Below, one piece after another: positions 14,474 through 28,548 of a stretch of DNA of 64,000 bases. Source of the stretch: Basidiobolus meristosporus CBS 931.73 (Eukaryota; Fungi; Basidiobolomycota); contig MCFE01000046.1 in the NCBI GenBank assembly GCA_002104905.1, positions 133,581-197,580 on the forward strand, written 5' to 3'. The translations under genes and the position numbers were made by a program. A model generated the notes under the pieces. It ran no database searches and was not told the DNA's origin. It saw nothing but the letters and a program-made list of their open reading frames with translations. Positions within the stretch are counted from its first letter, which is position 1, and each line of letters opens with the position of its first letter.

Positions 14474-15478
14474 TTAGAGGCCATTCACGTTCAAGAGAAG
14501 GTTGGAGCCACCTTGTTGGGAGGGAAGGTAGGTGACGTTGCGAGCGGCGCCCAAGGTTCCGGCGATCTCTCTGGAGGCTTCGATGCGACGCAACTCGATC
14601 AAGCCGGCACCAGCCTTGTTCAAGGCGTTGTTGATGGTCTCGGCGGCTTGGGCTTCACCCTCGGCACGGATGATGGCAGCTTGCTTCTCCTGCTCGGCCT
14701 TCTCCACAACGAACTTGGCTCTCTCGGCCTCCTGTTGGGCAATCTGCTTCTGTTCGACGGCGTGGGTGAACTCGCGTCCGAAGGTCATGTGGGTGATGGA
14801 GACATCTTCGAGCTCGATGTTGAACTCTCTGGCTCTCTTCACCAGTTCCTCACGGATTCTGGAGGAGACCTGTCAAGAAATGGGTGGTGAGCAAACGAGC
14901 GTACGAATCATGGTGGGATGGGTTGGAGGAAAGAAGAGAGGGGAGACGAGGACTTACGATCTCACGCTGAGTAATCAATTCACCAGCATCGAATTGGGCC
15001 ACGACAGCCTTGAGGATTTCGTTACCGATAGAGGGCAACACTCTCTCGTCGTAATCAAGACCCAACGATTGGTAGATCTTGGGGAGGTGTTTGTTGTTGG
15101 GTCTGTGGAGGACACGAAGAGTCAAGCTGACGGTTTGCATGTCCTTGGAACCGGTGGTGGTGGAGATGCTTCTGGGCTTGGTGCGGACATCATAGATAAT
15201 GGCGCGTTGGAGCCAGGGGACGAGGAAATGGGTACCTTCGCCAACCACCTGGGACTTGACACCCTGAATACGATCGAAAATGACGGCTTGGTATCCACCC
15301 TTGACTACAAATGCAGAGGCGAGATTAGACAACCGAACCCGCTACCACGCTGACAACCCAAGGGCTAAAAGAACTTACCGTCATACATGGAGTAGTTGAC
15401 GAAGGTGGCGGCAGTACCAAGACCGATGGCGAGCTTGGAGACTTTGCTGAGTGCAGAGGTAGCAGCAGAGGAGGCCAT
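14474..15478 (-). CDS. PHB1: Prohibitin 1 (multi-exon)
   Basis: [59 protein letters not shown]. Confidence 0.93.
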
Positions 15479-15791
15479 GATTAAACAGGGAGCAGTGGTG
15501 AAAGTGTAGAATAGAGCAGTTGGGAACTGGCGAGGCTATCAAGTAAAAATTTGAATATCCGTAGCCCAAAACCAGGGTGCGGAATAATTTTTGGGGGACC
15601 CTGGACCGGGAGAAAGAAATCGGGTGGATGAATGGCACAAATGATGGAGGTTTATTTCACTGGCGAAAAAATCCGATAGTTTACAAGGGGGATTCAGGTA
15701 ATCTCGATTCGAGGCGATCATCAATGGCCGTCTCTCAGCCAATGGGGGGGGAGGGTGACTCGATTCGGTCGAAGCAACGCTTTGGGATAAA

Positions 15792-16568
15792 CTACTCGGT
15801 CATGTCGTTGGAATTGGTGCTCTCTCTCGATTGAGGGCTCTTGATTTTGATCGTGCGGATCAATTTGATGGAGTTGATGTCGCTGTCCCATTGACGTAGG
15901 GTTTTCACGTTTTTGGCGATGGTCAGGTCAGGAATCACTGCAGAGCGTGTGGTGGAGGGGGATTTAGCAAATATAGTCCCGGGTGGTACATCTGGATGCA
16001 AGCTTACCGAAGCCATTGTTGAATTCCTCGGTCTCCTTCTTCTTGAGGATCATGATCAGATCCTCTCTAGCAGCCTTTGGTCGTGGCTGTCCCGGGCGGT
16101 GCATAGCCTTTAGCTGCTCCAATTCTTCATCATTTCGATTTATATACCTATGAGGGAGGTTTAGTTCGCTCTGTGACAACCAGTTCAGGCAAAACCACTC
16201 ACATCTCAATGAACTCCGCCAATTGCTCTCGGGTAGCAGTCTCTTGCTCCTCGTCCAACACCCAGCGGAACCACAGATATCTCTCAACTATTCTCGTTAG
16301 CCTCCATTCGGCACTCTGTTTCCCAGGAAATGCTCGGGCTTACCAGTAGGATTCGCTTGGTTCAACCAGTCACTCTTGCGTTTGTCGAGTTTATCCTGAC
16401 GCAGATGGATGCGGTTGATCTGCAAGGCTTTGCGCGAGTAAGGGTGAGCCTTATCCTTTCCCTTGACTGTTTTCAGGGTTTTTCTCTTGTTGTTAGGCTA
16501 AAGGACGTAAGATGGCGTGAATATTGGCAACATGCGTCGAGGGGGTGTCTGCTTCGATTACGAACCAT
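15792..16568 (-). CDS. TMA16: Translation machinery-associated protein 16; first exon is ATG only
   Basis: ATG|intron|PNNKRKTLKTVKGKDKAHPYSRKALQ; YINRNDEELEQLKAMHRPG; PDLT...LRQWDSDINSI. Confidence 0.85.
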
Positions 16569-17095
16569 ACTGTCTCGGGGCTCGCTAAGAAATGCTCAGG
16601 GATCTGGCCAAGGGAAGCGCCTTGTCAAGCAAGTGACCGTTTTCTAGGTTTTTTTTCTCGCCGCCCTTCGAGCGGGTTTTTTTCCACTTAATATGGAAGA
16701 ACGATCAACGATTCACGTATCGAATTCATCTGGATTAATCAGTGAACATTCTCGATCAGGAATTGATCCGCATGATTCATTGTCCTTGTTCCCAAGGTTT
16801 TGTTCCCCCTGAAACATGCCTTTGGATGGAACAAGGTGTGCCCCACCGTTGTGTGCCGCAAGGAACAAAGACTGTGCGACAGTGTAAAGAAGCAAGCATG
16901 TTTATTCAAGGGCATGGAAATTACATCTGAACTGACCATCTGGTTATGTACATGTGCCAAAATTGTTACATTAGGCCAGCGGGTGTGGGTCGCTCATTTA
17001 ATTTACTGTTACATCCATGGATGGTGTGGTGATTCTACGAATGATTGAAAATGAAGCTCAACGGTTGCATGGGTTGAATGTTATGCGAAGGTTGC

Positions 17096-18289
17096 CTAGA
17101 CCGAACTTCTGACTCCAAGTGGATTCTTGGAAAAGCTTAGACGGATCCCCCCCTTGATCGAATTGCTAAGATAGTGACCTTGTAGCTCTTGAAGGCTGTG
17201 GGTGGCATATTGGATATCATCAAACTCAACAAAGCACATGGGGCCAGCGTGTGGCTTCATTCGGAAGCAGAGTCGCTTGTAGCCAGGCTGGAGAGTGAAA
17301 AGTTGTCGAAGCTCTTCTTCCATGGTGCTCATAGGGAGGTTTCCGACATACAACGTATTGCACGGGGGGTTCTGATCGCCAGCATTGATCCTGGTTGGTG
17401 GCGTGGTGAGAGAAGGGTTGGAGGTAAAGGAAGGGAGCGATGAAGACAGTCCTGCGTCGCTACCAGATGAGGCGGAGAATGAGAAATGATCACTGGTGGG
17501 AGAGGCGTTCACGCTACCGAACAGCATACTCTGTTGATCAAAGGCAGTGGATATGTTGAATTTTGGGAACGAAAAGGAAGTCCCGACACCATCGAAATTC
17601 GCAGGGGCTGATGCGGATCTCTTGGGATTGTAGCCTACAACCCTTGATGCGGCCGAGGTCAAGGGGCCATTTATCTCGTCTAGGTTCATATCAAACGGAT
17701 CGTCATCGTAAGATGGAGACGAGGAAAGCAGGCTGGATGTTTCGTGCTCCAGACAGAAGTCATGGACTGGCAGCTGGGGGGAAAGAAGGCCAGCAGGAAG
17801 TATAGGGCCCCCGGGAAACAATGCATCAAATACACCGCCACCAAACTTCTTCTTGATGGAGCCGTGGATTCCGTTGGGGGCCAAAGCCTGAGCCAAGCTG
17901 GTGGTTGAGCTGATGAAAGCTCCCTCGGGAGTGCTCATTTTCTTGATAAGAAGATTCTTTTTTGCCATCTCTGCCTTGAGAATGCATCCGCGCTCGTTAT
18001 CCACTTTCTTCCCGCTGAGGATGTCCCGGGCCTGAAGGGCCTCGAGTCTGGAACGGAATTTCGCGAAGCCGATCTATAAGGGGTGGGGGTTAGAGACAGC
18101 AGGAACGAAAATCTCAACAATGCCGCTTACAATTTGCTTGCGAGCCTCAAGCTCGTTTCCCAGAGGGAATTTCAGTGTCGCCCCCTCAAATCCCGGAGAA
18201 AAAATGAACATGTTCTGGAATTCACGGTCCTGTATATCCTCGGGGAAGCCAATCACGAAAATGGTGGTGATTTCTTCGCTTTGATTCAT
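17096..18289 (-). CDS. Whi3/Scw1-like RRM RNA-binding protein
   Basis: [22 protein letters not shown] (RRM1); [13 protein letters not shown]...PMCFVEFDD...[15 protein letters not shown] (RRM2). Confidence 0.88.
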
Positions 18290-19228
18290 GGTTTAATGAG
18301 TAGGTGTGGTTGAGCGGTGTTGAAGTGAAGAAGATGATGAAAGTGTGAGTAGAGATGTCCGATCGTGGCTGGTTTTATAGTGCTGGGCAGAGAGTGGTTT
18401 CACCCAGGGAATCAAATGGGCTTCTGTACAATAAAAATCTATTGAAGTAAAGGATCGATGTATATTAGATTACTCCGCTGAAATGAAACAAACCATTATT
18501 ACGCCTCTGGTCCGAAATCAGGTTCACACCTTCAACACTGCGTGCATACTCTTGGAAGGTTGTATGATGCACCGCTTGTTAAGCCTCTCGTTGGCGTCAA
18601 CAAGCACAATGCAAGTGTTGTGGGGTCACATTGTTTTCTGCTGATCATCGCTTTCCGAGTCCAATCAGCAGCCAGGCTAGGATATTGTCCCTCCCTCATT
18701 TAGTTAGCTTTTCGTTGCCACCTCGCTGCAGAGCCCATGTCTGCCCTACCTTGCGCTTGTGGAGGTGTAGCTCCATTCTCCCATCTTGTGATGTCCTACT
18801 ATGTTGTAGAAAGGGGGCTCTGGATCAGAAACCGGGGAAATTAAGGTGGCTTAGTGTTGCTAGGATACATGCGAGTGTTACCAGAATGTATGCTCTATCC
18901 GATAAGTGCCACCAGGGTGTATGCTCGATGCGATTGCCATATTGTCCACCCTAGTGCCAATGAGGTGTTGGCCAAACAACAAAATTCCTTTCCCAATGCC
19001 CGTAGATACATTGGGAGATGCAAGTGTAGGCTCTCTGGTATCTAGCAGGCTTCTCCCTAACGAGGGGTAAGTTGGTGTAACCACCTAGATTTGAACCTAG
19101 TTTGGTTGACATTCATTGTTTGATCTGAACTAATGATCGATTTCGAGATGAATATGAATATGATACTCGAAGTGGCGTGTTGCATTCATTTCAACCTATT
19201 AAGAAACTAGCACCTCGCAGGTCCTAGA

Positions 19229-20293
19229 ATGACAGTCGATCCCAAAGATACTTCTACAGCATCACTAACCTCTACCGAAACTCTCTCCACACCGGATAAT
19301 ATCCTCCCCATTGGTAACTTGGCCGCATCCATCGCTGATTTCCTTCAGCAATTGGAGGGGATTGCTGAGCATGAAATAGAGAAGATCTCGGAGCGACGCA
19401 AACTTTGGGAAAAGGAAATGGATGTGGTGGAAGGTAATATTACGACTTACTTCACTCCACCAAAGCTCGTCTTATCTGATGGAATTCTTCGAACAGCCAG
19501 CAATACCCAGTTTCGACACGAACTCCGAGAGCTTAAAGACCGAGAAAAACTCTATTCCGAACGTAGGTTCTGGTGGTTGTCCTCAGGGTGTATGTGCCCA
19601 GCCAACTAACAGTACTGTTTGGATAGTGCAAGTCGAGGAGTCAAGAGCCCTCTCTGAACTAAAAACCGACCTCTTAAACTTGAAGAAACGCCAAGAGGAA
19701 GTCAAATTTAACATGGACGAGCTCAGACTTCGAATTGAGCTGAAACGGGATGCCATCGCCCGAAAGAAAGAAGGTACCTCTTGAAAGAGACTTGGGAACA
19801 CACTGGCAGTGCATTTTATTTATACTGGGTATTTAGAAAGAGCTGAAGTGTTAGAGGCTTTGCGACTACAGCGGAAGAGAAACCAGCTGCGATTGAACGC
19901 TTGTGAGGACTCTACATGCATGAGAATCTACGGAGCGCAAGGTACGGAAGCCCATACCACCAAGCAGTTCCCCCGTACTCAAGGAATTGGCCTGTATTGT
20001 TAGAGGATAAAATCACGTTCATCTTTACTGAAATCCGGGAGGACAAGCCGCATCGTGAGCATGCATTTACAGTCGATGTGAGCCAAGAACAGTATCAAGG
20101 TACATGACCTTGGTCTTCTACGAAAGCCGATTCTAGGCTAACCTTCTGCCCAGTGACAGAATGTTTTCCACGTCTGAAAGAGCTTGACCAGATCGTCGAA
20201 TGGGTCAACACAACAGGTGATTTCTATACATTTCTCAAGAAAATGCGGGCATCTTTTGCGAAGAATAGTAGGAAACGCAACCAACTGAAATGA
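19229..20293 (+). CDS. SPC25: Kinetochore Ndc80-complex subunit Spc25 (multi-exon)
   Basis: Coiled coil followed by DKITFIFTEIREDKPHREHAFTVDV and LDQIVEWVNTTGDFYTFLKKMRASF. Confidence 0.75.
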
Positions 20294-20511
20294 AATCCTT
20301 CATCAGAATCTGAAGCATATCTGCTTGCCCCACCAGCACACCTTCACTAGGTCGACAGATTCCAGAGTATGGGATGCGTATATATCTTGATTAAAGACAT
20401 GCGGAAACCTTTGTTTATTAACTCATTATAGAGAATGCAATTTGATCGCTGTTCGGGTTATCAATTTTCACCTAACGAACAAACGAGGGCAATGATGTGG
20501 GTGACGGTTAC

Positions 20512-20919
20512 TTAATGGTGTTCACCATGGGCATGGGTGTCTTGGTGGTGCTCTGGCAAAACAGAAGAAGCGGGTTAGTTAGTGACACAGTGGGGGAACT
20601 TTCAGGCACCAGAAAACTTACTGTAGTGAAGACCAATATGAATGGCACCAACAAGGAGCATAGCATGAATGAAAGGAGTGAAAGAGGCGTTCTCTCCTTC
20701 CCAATATTTGGCACGATAACGAGCAAGCAATCCGCGAGGCTTGGTGGCTTCAGCAGCTCCCTTGGGGATTCTCTTGTAGAAATCGACCAAACCGCTCAAA
20801 TCGCCACTGCTGGACTCAGCCTTGGGGGTGGCGGACTTGACAGCAGCACCAAGATTGGGAGGGATGTAGGATCTAGTAGAGTAGGCTCTACGAGCAACAG
20901 TACCAATGACAGAATTCAT
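20512..20919 (-). CDS. ATP17: Mitochondrial ATP synthase subunit f
   Basis: YIPPNL...VDFYKRIPKG...PRGLLARYRAKYWEGENASFTPFIH; one intron near the His-rich C-terminus. Confidence 0.85.
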
Positions 20920-21265
20920 GTTGAAGTTTGAGCAAATGTCAGAGAAGAGCAAGGTAAAACCTACAAGTATCTGAAGCACTGAGCTTTGTGGAATTCAAAT
21001 GATATTTCCCTTTCTAATCAATATCCTACTCGCACATCTGTGGGGAAGCAATACTATGTTTGGGGGCCATATTTAGATTTGATGGCTCTTTACCTATCAC
21101 ACCAGCTACAGGCGGCCATATACAGCTTTTGGGGTAGATGCAATTGTCATGGAGCCCAACCCTAACCCTAGTTCTAAACACGAATGCGTAATTTCATGCT
21201 TATCTTGATGCGTATTTGCGTGTTTATTAGGATTCTTCATTGATGATGGGCATTTATGGAATTAC

Positions 21266-24200
21266 CTAAGAGGAGGATGGTGGTGGTAGTGGTGATGGCG
21301 GTGGAAGAGACGTTGGGTCGGAAGCAGAGGTTGTAGTGAATGAACACTGGTGACCACAGCCTGTAGGGCATGTGGAGTTCTCTTTAAACCATTCCTGCAT
21401 ATGTAGAAGGTGGCCGCCATGGCTGCAGCCTTGGCACCAAACATAGAGCCCCCGAACGGTTTGATGACTAGTTTGACAGAAGTTAGCTACGAGGCCAAGC
21501 CAGCAGAGGAATGTGGATTCTACCATAAAGAGCAGGGGTTCAAAAGCTTTCTGCACTTGTCGCACACCCAGTAGCCATGCTTGGAGTTGAGTAAAGGCTT
21601 GAAGCAATAATTACAGCTGGTATGTATCGTGGTGGATTCCTGTAAGTGGTTTAGCAAAAAAGTCGAGGCATTAACAGCGTTGATCAGAAAGGACCATACT
21701 TGGCTTTGCTGTCTGACGGACGCAAGCTTGCAGGCCAAGCGAACAGCCGCCGCAGCAGACCACAGCTTGAAGCGGTGCAGTAGATCTGTAAATAGTCCAG
21801 TTAGGGCTTGTTGCGGATTGTTCACGAGGAATGCGCCACCTACCAATATAAGACCAGAACCACTGCTCTTCTAGACTGAATTGATGCTTGATATGCTTGT
21901 CCAATACGAGGAGTAGGGTCACACACATTTGGACATCTCCCTAAGTGGGGTCTAGTTAGTAATAATGTGCTTGGTTCGCAGGACTTGCTACTAGTGATTA
22001 CCTTTTCACCGTAATACTCCATCAAATTGTTGAGGATGGCCTCTTGTCCCCATTCAAGATCAGGCTCTTCCGTAAGCGCAAAGGTGTTCACCACCGTTTC
22101 GGAATTGGTTCTTGTCTCGCTCTTGAAGGGCTTTGTAAGCAAAGAGTCGCTGTCATCGCTCTCACTATCCGAGTCGCTTTCAAGCGTGTCATAAAGGTCC
22201 GAGTTCTAGAAAGAAGTGTTAGCGTAGAGTTGACATACGTGAGATGTGAGCTTGCCTCGATCCACTGCGACTCCTCGGTCAGCTCGCTGTTGGCCATGGT
22301 TGGTAGTATCTGGATTTTGATGTTGGCCTTTTGGTCTGAGTTGATGAAGCGTCAGTCGGTCACTCAATCAAGATGAAGGCCAGGTGAGCTTACCAAGTGG
22401 AGAGGATGCAGGCGAATAGCTTTTCCCCTCGGCGACCGTTTCCTTTGGTTTGGATGCTGTTGCATACAGCATCTGGATGATCTTCCAGGTTTGAGCAGTG
22501 CGGAATTGCTGTGTGAAATGGGCGACCTTTGCGTTGTGCTCGCAAGCTTCCCATAGATTATCAGACGATATCTCGTAGTTCTCCGCCATAAATATGAAGC
22601 TTTCGTAATCGAACGTGGGAAGGTGTATGATTCCGGTGTTCTGGCACTGGGAAGACTGGGAAAGCCAGGGGTTACTAAGGGAGAGGGGATCTGCGGGGCC
22701 GGAACACGACCTACCTGCTCCGTCATCTCGGAGGTTCTTCGGGTAGTCTTCTTTAGAGGAGATGTCCCCAGGACAAGCCGGAAGCTAGATGAACCAATCA
22801 GTACACATCGACGCTACATACCAACAAGACGACCTTACCCATCATCCGCAACGCTCTTGTCTTCTGTGGTAAATGCCACGTCACCGTAAGCGTTCCAGCC
22901 AAGACTAGATGTGCTGAGCAGGTCTAACGGCTGCACCGCATTGCGAACGTCGTGGCGAATGAAGTTCCTGTCCTTGGAGCAGGACCAGAGGACATCCGGC
23001 CCACGCCATAAGAACCCTGAGCAGAAGGTTAGGCCTCACTGGAACCACAATAGCCCATGTAACTCATACCAGTAGCAACGTTCTCGTGGTCATCCAGGAA
23101 GAATTTGGCGATGTAAGGGCGGCGGATATCCTGGACGACGATTCGATTGTCAGTATTGAGCGCGCACGATGCGATATGATACTCGTGACCGGGCCTCCAT
23201 TGCACCCGCGCCACACTGGCGATAGTTTGGATGTACGCTTGAGGCTTGCGCCCATCAGACTTCATGTCCCAAATCTTTTACAAAGCGATCAGTAGTCTGG
23301 AACAGGTGGTGGGCGGACAATGCGTACCTTGATCATTTTGTCTCGTCCCCCGCTCGCCACAAATCTCCCATCCGAATGCCAGTCAACAGACAACGCAATC
23401 CCATAGTGAGCGCTGATCTTTTTCTCGAACACACTCGGGTTCCGTATGTCCCATTTCTAGAGAAGCTTGATCAGCACAGGTCGCGGCGCACTTTCAACCA
23501 TCGACACACACCTGTATGGTTCCGTTCTCGAACGCCGCGATGAACTCCGTGGGGTTCAGCGGGTTGAATTGCACGTCACGCACGCTCTCGGACTTGCCAT
23601 GAAAGGTAAACTTCGAGGCGGCTTTTTCCCTCAGATCCTATGAGATAGATGTCAGCTCCAGCCGTACTCTCTTCCTCCGTTGCTTCTTACCCAGAGCCTC
23701 ATGGTGGAATCCTGCGATGCGCTTATCAAAACGAAGCCGGAACTACTCTCGTATGAAATGCGGTTAACCGCTCTAGAATGCTCCGATATGACCCGCTCTG
23801 AAGCGAAAACACTAGCCGTTAATACCGTGGCAACGTTGGCGGGTAGCCTATGTACCTATTTTCTGGCCAGTCCGGTTCAGGTCCCATAGAAGAATCGCGC
23901 CGTTGGTGGCTGCGGTCGCAATCTTACCCCTTGATACTGAACGGGTGATTGGTTTGCATGTCAGCTAGATGGGGGTATTGGAAGTTTATTTACGTACACC
24001 ATTTGACGTCGTTGATGCTGAAGTTCAGATTCAATTTGCTCCCGGCCCGAAGGTTCAGCACTTCAGTTGCCTCCTGTTCGGTCACGCTTAAAATCTTCAA
24101 CACTGTTTGCCCAGAAGAGATGCGTCAATAAAGCACAACTGTGGTAAAGCCTGTTATGTTTTTAACCTTCACGCCCCGCAATTACCACCTGCTCTTGGTC

Positions 24201-24350
24201 AGGGCAGGCGGAGAGGGCGGTGAGCGCCCCGTTGGAATTGAACGATATCGGGCTTTTCCAGCTTGTGGAGAAATCGGAGGAATAGGTTGTTGGCAGGGGT
24301 TTTGTGTCGGCAAATCGATTGTACAGCTGACTTTGAAAAGGAAGCATCAC
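21266..24350 (-). CDS. RTC1: GATOR2/SEACAT subunit WDR24/Rtc1/Sea2; start approximate
   Basis: WD40 repeat QTIASVARVQWRPGHEYHIASC...DIRRPYI; C-terminal RING VWCQGCSHGGHLLHMQEWF...CPTGCGHQC. Confidence 0.88.
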
Positions 24351-24669
24351 ACCAGTCTACAGTAAAGAAGCATCCACAGGAAGCGTCTACACGCTGACCA
24401 TCCAGATAAATTGGAAATCGCCAAATTGTTCCATCATCTGGGCCATAGGCAACCTTATGGCATTTAATGACCATGGGCTTACCATATCAGTGAATCATGC
24501 TTGGTGGGAATGATTTAACTTGTTTAAATGTATTTAGGGTTCAATGTCTATGTATATACAGCAAACAGCAAACAGCAAACAACCAAAGAGATATCACACA
24601 ACAAATGAGCATCACTCAACAATTGGCCATCACTCCAGATCGTTGTCAGGTTGCGCCCCGTAATTCATG

Positions 24670-25462
24670 TCATACTGCTGAGGCTGCCAGTCGTTGTTTG
24701 CTGCCGCGTGGGGCAGACGGGCTCCATCGGGCAATTTGAACGGCGGGAAGGGGTTGTAGTTGGAATACTCTGGTGCTTGTGCCTGAGTGTCCATCATCTT
24801 TCTGGGCTTTCGGGACATCCATGACTCGGCTTTGAGGATCATTCGGGTTCCCTGTGCCCCCGTAGATGGAGTTAAGCCCACGGCTGCGCTCGAGCATATC
24901 CGCCTCAGTATTTGCCAGCTTCGAGTTAAAGGCCTCGATAGCTTTCGTGAGTAGCCCGTTGAGACGCTGCGCTGAAGAAGTCCTCGGCGTTGGAAACGGA
25001 GACAGATCTGGTGCTGAGGGAACCGGTCTATTTGTCTGTAGTCGAGCCCATCAGTATCCACCTGCATGGACATCTATTCGGGAATGCAAAACTCACCTGC
25101 TGTGGTTTGAGGAAATGATCGGCAACTGTGGCGAGGTACGTCAGATTGGATTGCAGCCGAGATTGATAACTATTCGCAAGTGAAAAAGTGAGTTTAAAAC
25201 TACCCCTTGACGACGCTACTTTCTCTACAAATTACATTGCGAATTCAGGGTCGTTTACCCAGCCTTTGTTCTGGAAATCCACGCAGACGCGGATGAGCTC
25301 CGAATTGATGTCCAACACCTAAGAAAGTGGAGAGAGAACGGTTGGTCAATGTTACGATTGTTACAACGAGCCGCTTGGGAGTATTGCGGGTACCATTTGG
25401 ACATTTCGAGCGCTGAATTCCGGTAGTAGACTCGGCTGATACTCCTGTTGCTCCGGCTCCAT
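24670..25462 (-). CDS. SSXT-domain (SS18/GIF-like) protein, multi-exon; not captured by the ORF track
   Basis: Manual splicing gives NVQM|[28 protein letters not shown]|[17 protein letters not shown], matching the SSXT consensus LDEN..LI....QN.G...YQ..L..NLxYLA..AD; C-terminus uncertain. Confidence 0.75.
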
Positions 25463-25681
25463 GTTGTTGTTAGGCGAGGAACCTTGGCCGCTCGTGTTTA
25501 TTATGAAATCGGAAAGGATCAATCAGCAAGGCAACTGAGATTGGACCCAAAAATCAGCCGTGAAAAATCAGGGGCGAGCTCCGCATCACCATTGGTCAGG
25601 GAGGAATTTTTCTCTACTTTAATAACGGATTTCATGTCAGGAGACCCTTCTCTTTCTCTTTCGAAGTCGTACTGCGAAAAC

Positions 25682-25852
25682 ATGGCTCACGAAAACGTTT
25701 GGAACTCCCGCCCCCGTCAATACGGTAAAGGTTCTCGTCAATGCCGCGTGTGCACCCATCGCGCCGGTCTCATCCGTAAATACGGTTTGAACGTCTGCAG
25801 ACAATGCTTCCGTCAATATGCTTCTGACATTGGTTTCGCCAAGTACCGTTAA
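25682..25852 (+). CDS. RPS29: 40S ribosomal protein S29 (uS14), intronless
   Basis: [24 protein letters not shown]...[16 protein letters not shown]. Confidence 0.97.
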   Translation: MAHENVWNSRPRQYGKGSRQCRVCTHRAGLIRKYGLNVCRQCFRQYASDIGFAKYR

Positions 25853-26186
25853 ACCACTCAGTAGTCGTTTTGCTCCGACTTCCGATCATAAACCTTTTGT
25901 GTAGCTTTCCTTTAAACTCGCAAAATAAAAACCTTCGGATAATTCGTCGTACCTTTCACATTGCATTCCACTATTATGTGCAAGGAGTGACCATCGTTGG
26001 CAATGGATGTGTAGTGCAACAGGATAGATATCAGCGCGAGCCGAGGAAACACAGACGCAGGTGGATTCGATTAATATTTTTGAGATTTTTATTTCACTGC
26101 ATTTAGAAAGATTGCTAGCCAAATCCAAAGCATCATATACTGGATGATTGGCACTAGCTCCATGTGCACATCGCGAAAGACTAGTA

Positions 26187-26848
26187 CTAACGGTTGCCTG
26201 CGAGGGGAAAAACATGGTTAGCAAGCTATCGATCACACGGGAAACGAACTGCAACATACTCTTGGCAACACGCTCCAACTCGTCCTTCTTCTTGATGGCG
26301 TAGCTGTTGGAGGAGCCCTTGGCAGCGTTGATGAGTTCATCAGCCAAGCACTCGGCGATGGTCTTGACGTTTCTGAAGGCAGACTCACGAGTGCCGGTGG
26401 TCAAGAGGTGAATGGCCTGGTTGACTCTTCTCAAAGGAGAAACATCAACGGCCTGTCTACGGACAGTACCGGAGCTACCGATACGGGTAGAGTCTTCACG
26501 TGGGCCACTGTTGATGATGGCGTCGATGAGGACTTGGATGGGGTTCTGGTCAGTGAGAAGGTTGATAATCTCAAAAGCGTGCTTGACAATGCGGACGGCC
26601 ATGAGCTTTTTGCCGTTGTTGCGACCGTGCATCATGAGGGAGTTGGTCAAACGCTCGACAATAGGGCATTGGGCCTTTCTGAACTTCTTGGTGGCGTATC
26701 TACCGGCGGTGTGAGGCAAGTAGACGGGGGCTCTCACTTGGAGGTAGTCGGTCAAAGAGATGTCCTTGATCTCAAGATCTTCGTAGGACCACTTGTTGAA
26801 GAGCTGAATGCCCTGAGCATCCCCAATGATTTCAGCAGGAAGAGCCAT
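26187..26848 (-). CDS. RPS5: 40S ribosomal protein S5 (uS7)
   Basis: [24 protein letters not shown]; intron before terminal SNR*. Confidence 0.97.
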
Positions 26849-27215
26849 GTTCCGGTATGCCTTCATAAGCAACTTGGTTAGTATGCGCGTAGAGGATGGA
26901 TGTACGGCGACTATGGCTGTTCATGTCAACTGTACCGTTAGCTAAAGGAAGTTAAACCCGACAGGAAAGGAGGATCCGGTCAGATTTCGCGGTGTATTTT
27001 GTTCATTGAGATTCCGATTTTTTTACCCAGCCAATCACTTAGGACTGCATCTCACCATCATCATCATCCTAGGCATTGTTCTTATTTCTCCGAGAGTCGG
27101 TAGACACAAGAGGCTTGTGCAACCACATGGGCTATATTTTACCTTGGGTCGAGTGATGAGTGATGAGTGATTGCACTGGTCTCGATTTCGTTTTTTCCTC
27201 TTCCGTTTTTCTGAC

Positions 27216-28204
27216 ATGCTCTCTTCGGCCAAGTATTCTGTGGTTATCTTAGGCGGTGGTGGTGTGGGGAAATCCGCCATCACCCTGAATTTCGTTCGCA
27301 AGCAGTAAGTCTCCCTTCCGCTGCCCTCTTTCTCCCTCTTCCCCCTCTTTCCCCCCGCGCTAACTTCCATTCGGTCCAGATTTGTAGAAGAGTGAGTTTG
27401 CCTGTTCCATTTAAAGTCACCCCGGCCTGTACTAAGTTGTTGCCATGCGTCGCTTGCCATGCTAGATATGACCCAACCATTGGTATATATTTGTCTTCTA
27501 TTCTATGGTCTTGACTCCCACGCTCAACAATATATTAGAGGACTGCTATTGCAAAGCACTTGTGTTGGATGGTGTGGAATACAACCTCGATATTACTGAT
27601 ACCGCAGGTCAAGAGGAATACCGGTATATTGCCTTTCTCTAAAGTCTCGAGTTTGCCTCGACCATTGACCAAGCAATGTGATGTAGCGGCCTGTTTGGTG
27701 ACAAGTTTATGCGACAAGGAGACGGCTTCATCTGCGTCTACTCCATCACCTCCAAGGACTCCCTTGAGGAGTTGGACGCCATTGTCAACCAAATCTATCG
27801 CGCCAAAGAGGGCGAGCCAGTATGTTTTAGCGACTCCCTGGCTGCCTATTTTCGATGATAACATTTGTCTGTAGTGTCCCATTGTAATCGTAGGGAACAA
27901 ATGCGACCTGGAGCAGTTGCGCGAGGTATCCGTCGAACAGGGCCGTGCGTTCGCCCAGCACTCGAACGCCTCATTTTTGGAAACCAGGTAAACCTCCTCT
28001 CCTCCCTCGGCCCGCGCCACAAATTGCTGATGTTTGTGTATGCCAAGTGCCAAAACCCGGATCAACATCGATGAAGCCTTCGAGCTGATTGTCCAAGAAA
28101 TCCGCCGGCAAACCACAGGGTCATCACCCGTGAAGCCAGCTTCAAAGCCCACCGCCGAAGGTGACCGCAAGGATGAAGGCTCTCACTGCTGCATTGTTCA
28201 ATGA
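27216..28204 (+). CDS. Ras-family small GTPase with two microexons and a CaaX end (CCIVQ)
   Basis: GGGGVGKSA, YDPTIED, DTAGQEEY, NKCD, ETSAK motifs assembled across GT-AG introns. Confidence 0.92.
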
Positions 28205-28548
28205 ACCGCTTTACTATTGTATTGTACAATAACCTACGAACTCATAGTATTTAATAATAATCATGCAAGTTGCTCTATATAACCATGATCGTATGTTGGC
28301 GTGTCTATTAAACCAATCCCAATCCCTTGGGGCGAGTCAGCGCCTATTGACAAGCCATCTCCATCTATCTCTCGCTGCTAGCACCTTCTGAACAAGGCCT
28401 TGGACACCCCTAACTCTTCTGTCCAAGCCAACACCTATTAAACTAAGCATTTCTATGTAACCTGAGTTGGTCTTTATTTGAGTAGCGAGACTGTAGGCAA
28501 ACATGGGATGTAGGGCCCAAGTCGAGTACATCCAGGAATTGAATTCGA

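Noticed and set aside
21158-21170. Interstitial AACCCTAACCCTA between ATP17 and WDR24
   Set aside because: Only two repeats with no element tail attached; chance or a transcription-factor site.
26408-26881. Long antisense ORFs over RPS5, PHB1, SMC6 and the SH3 gene
   Set aside because: Shadows of biased codon usage on the opposite strand.
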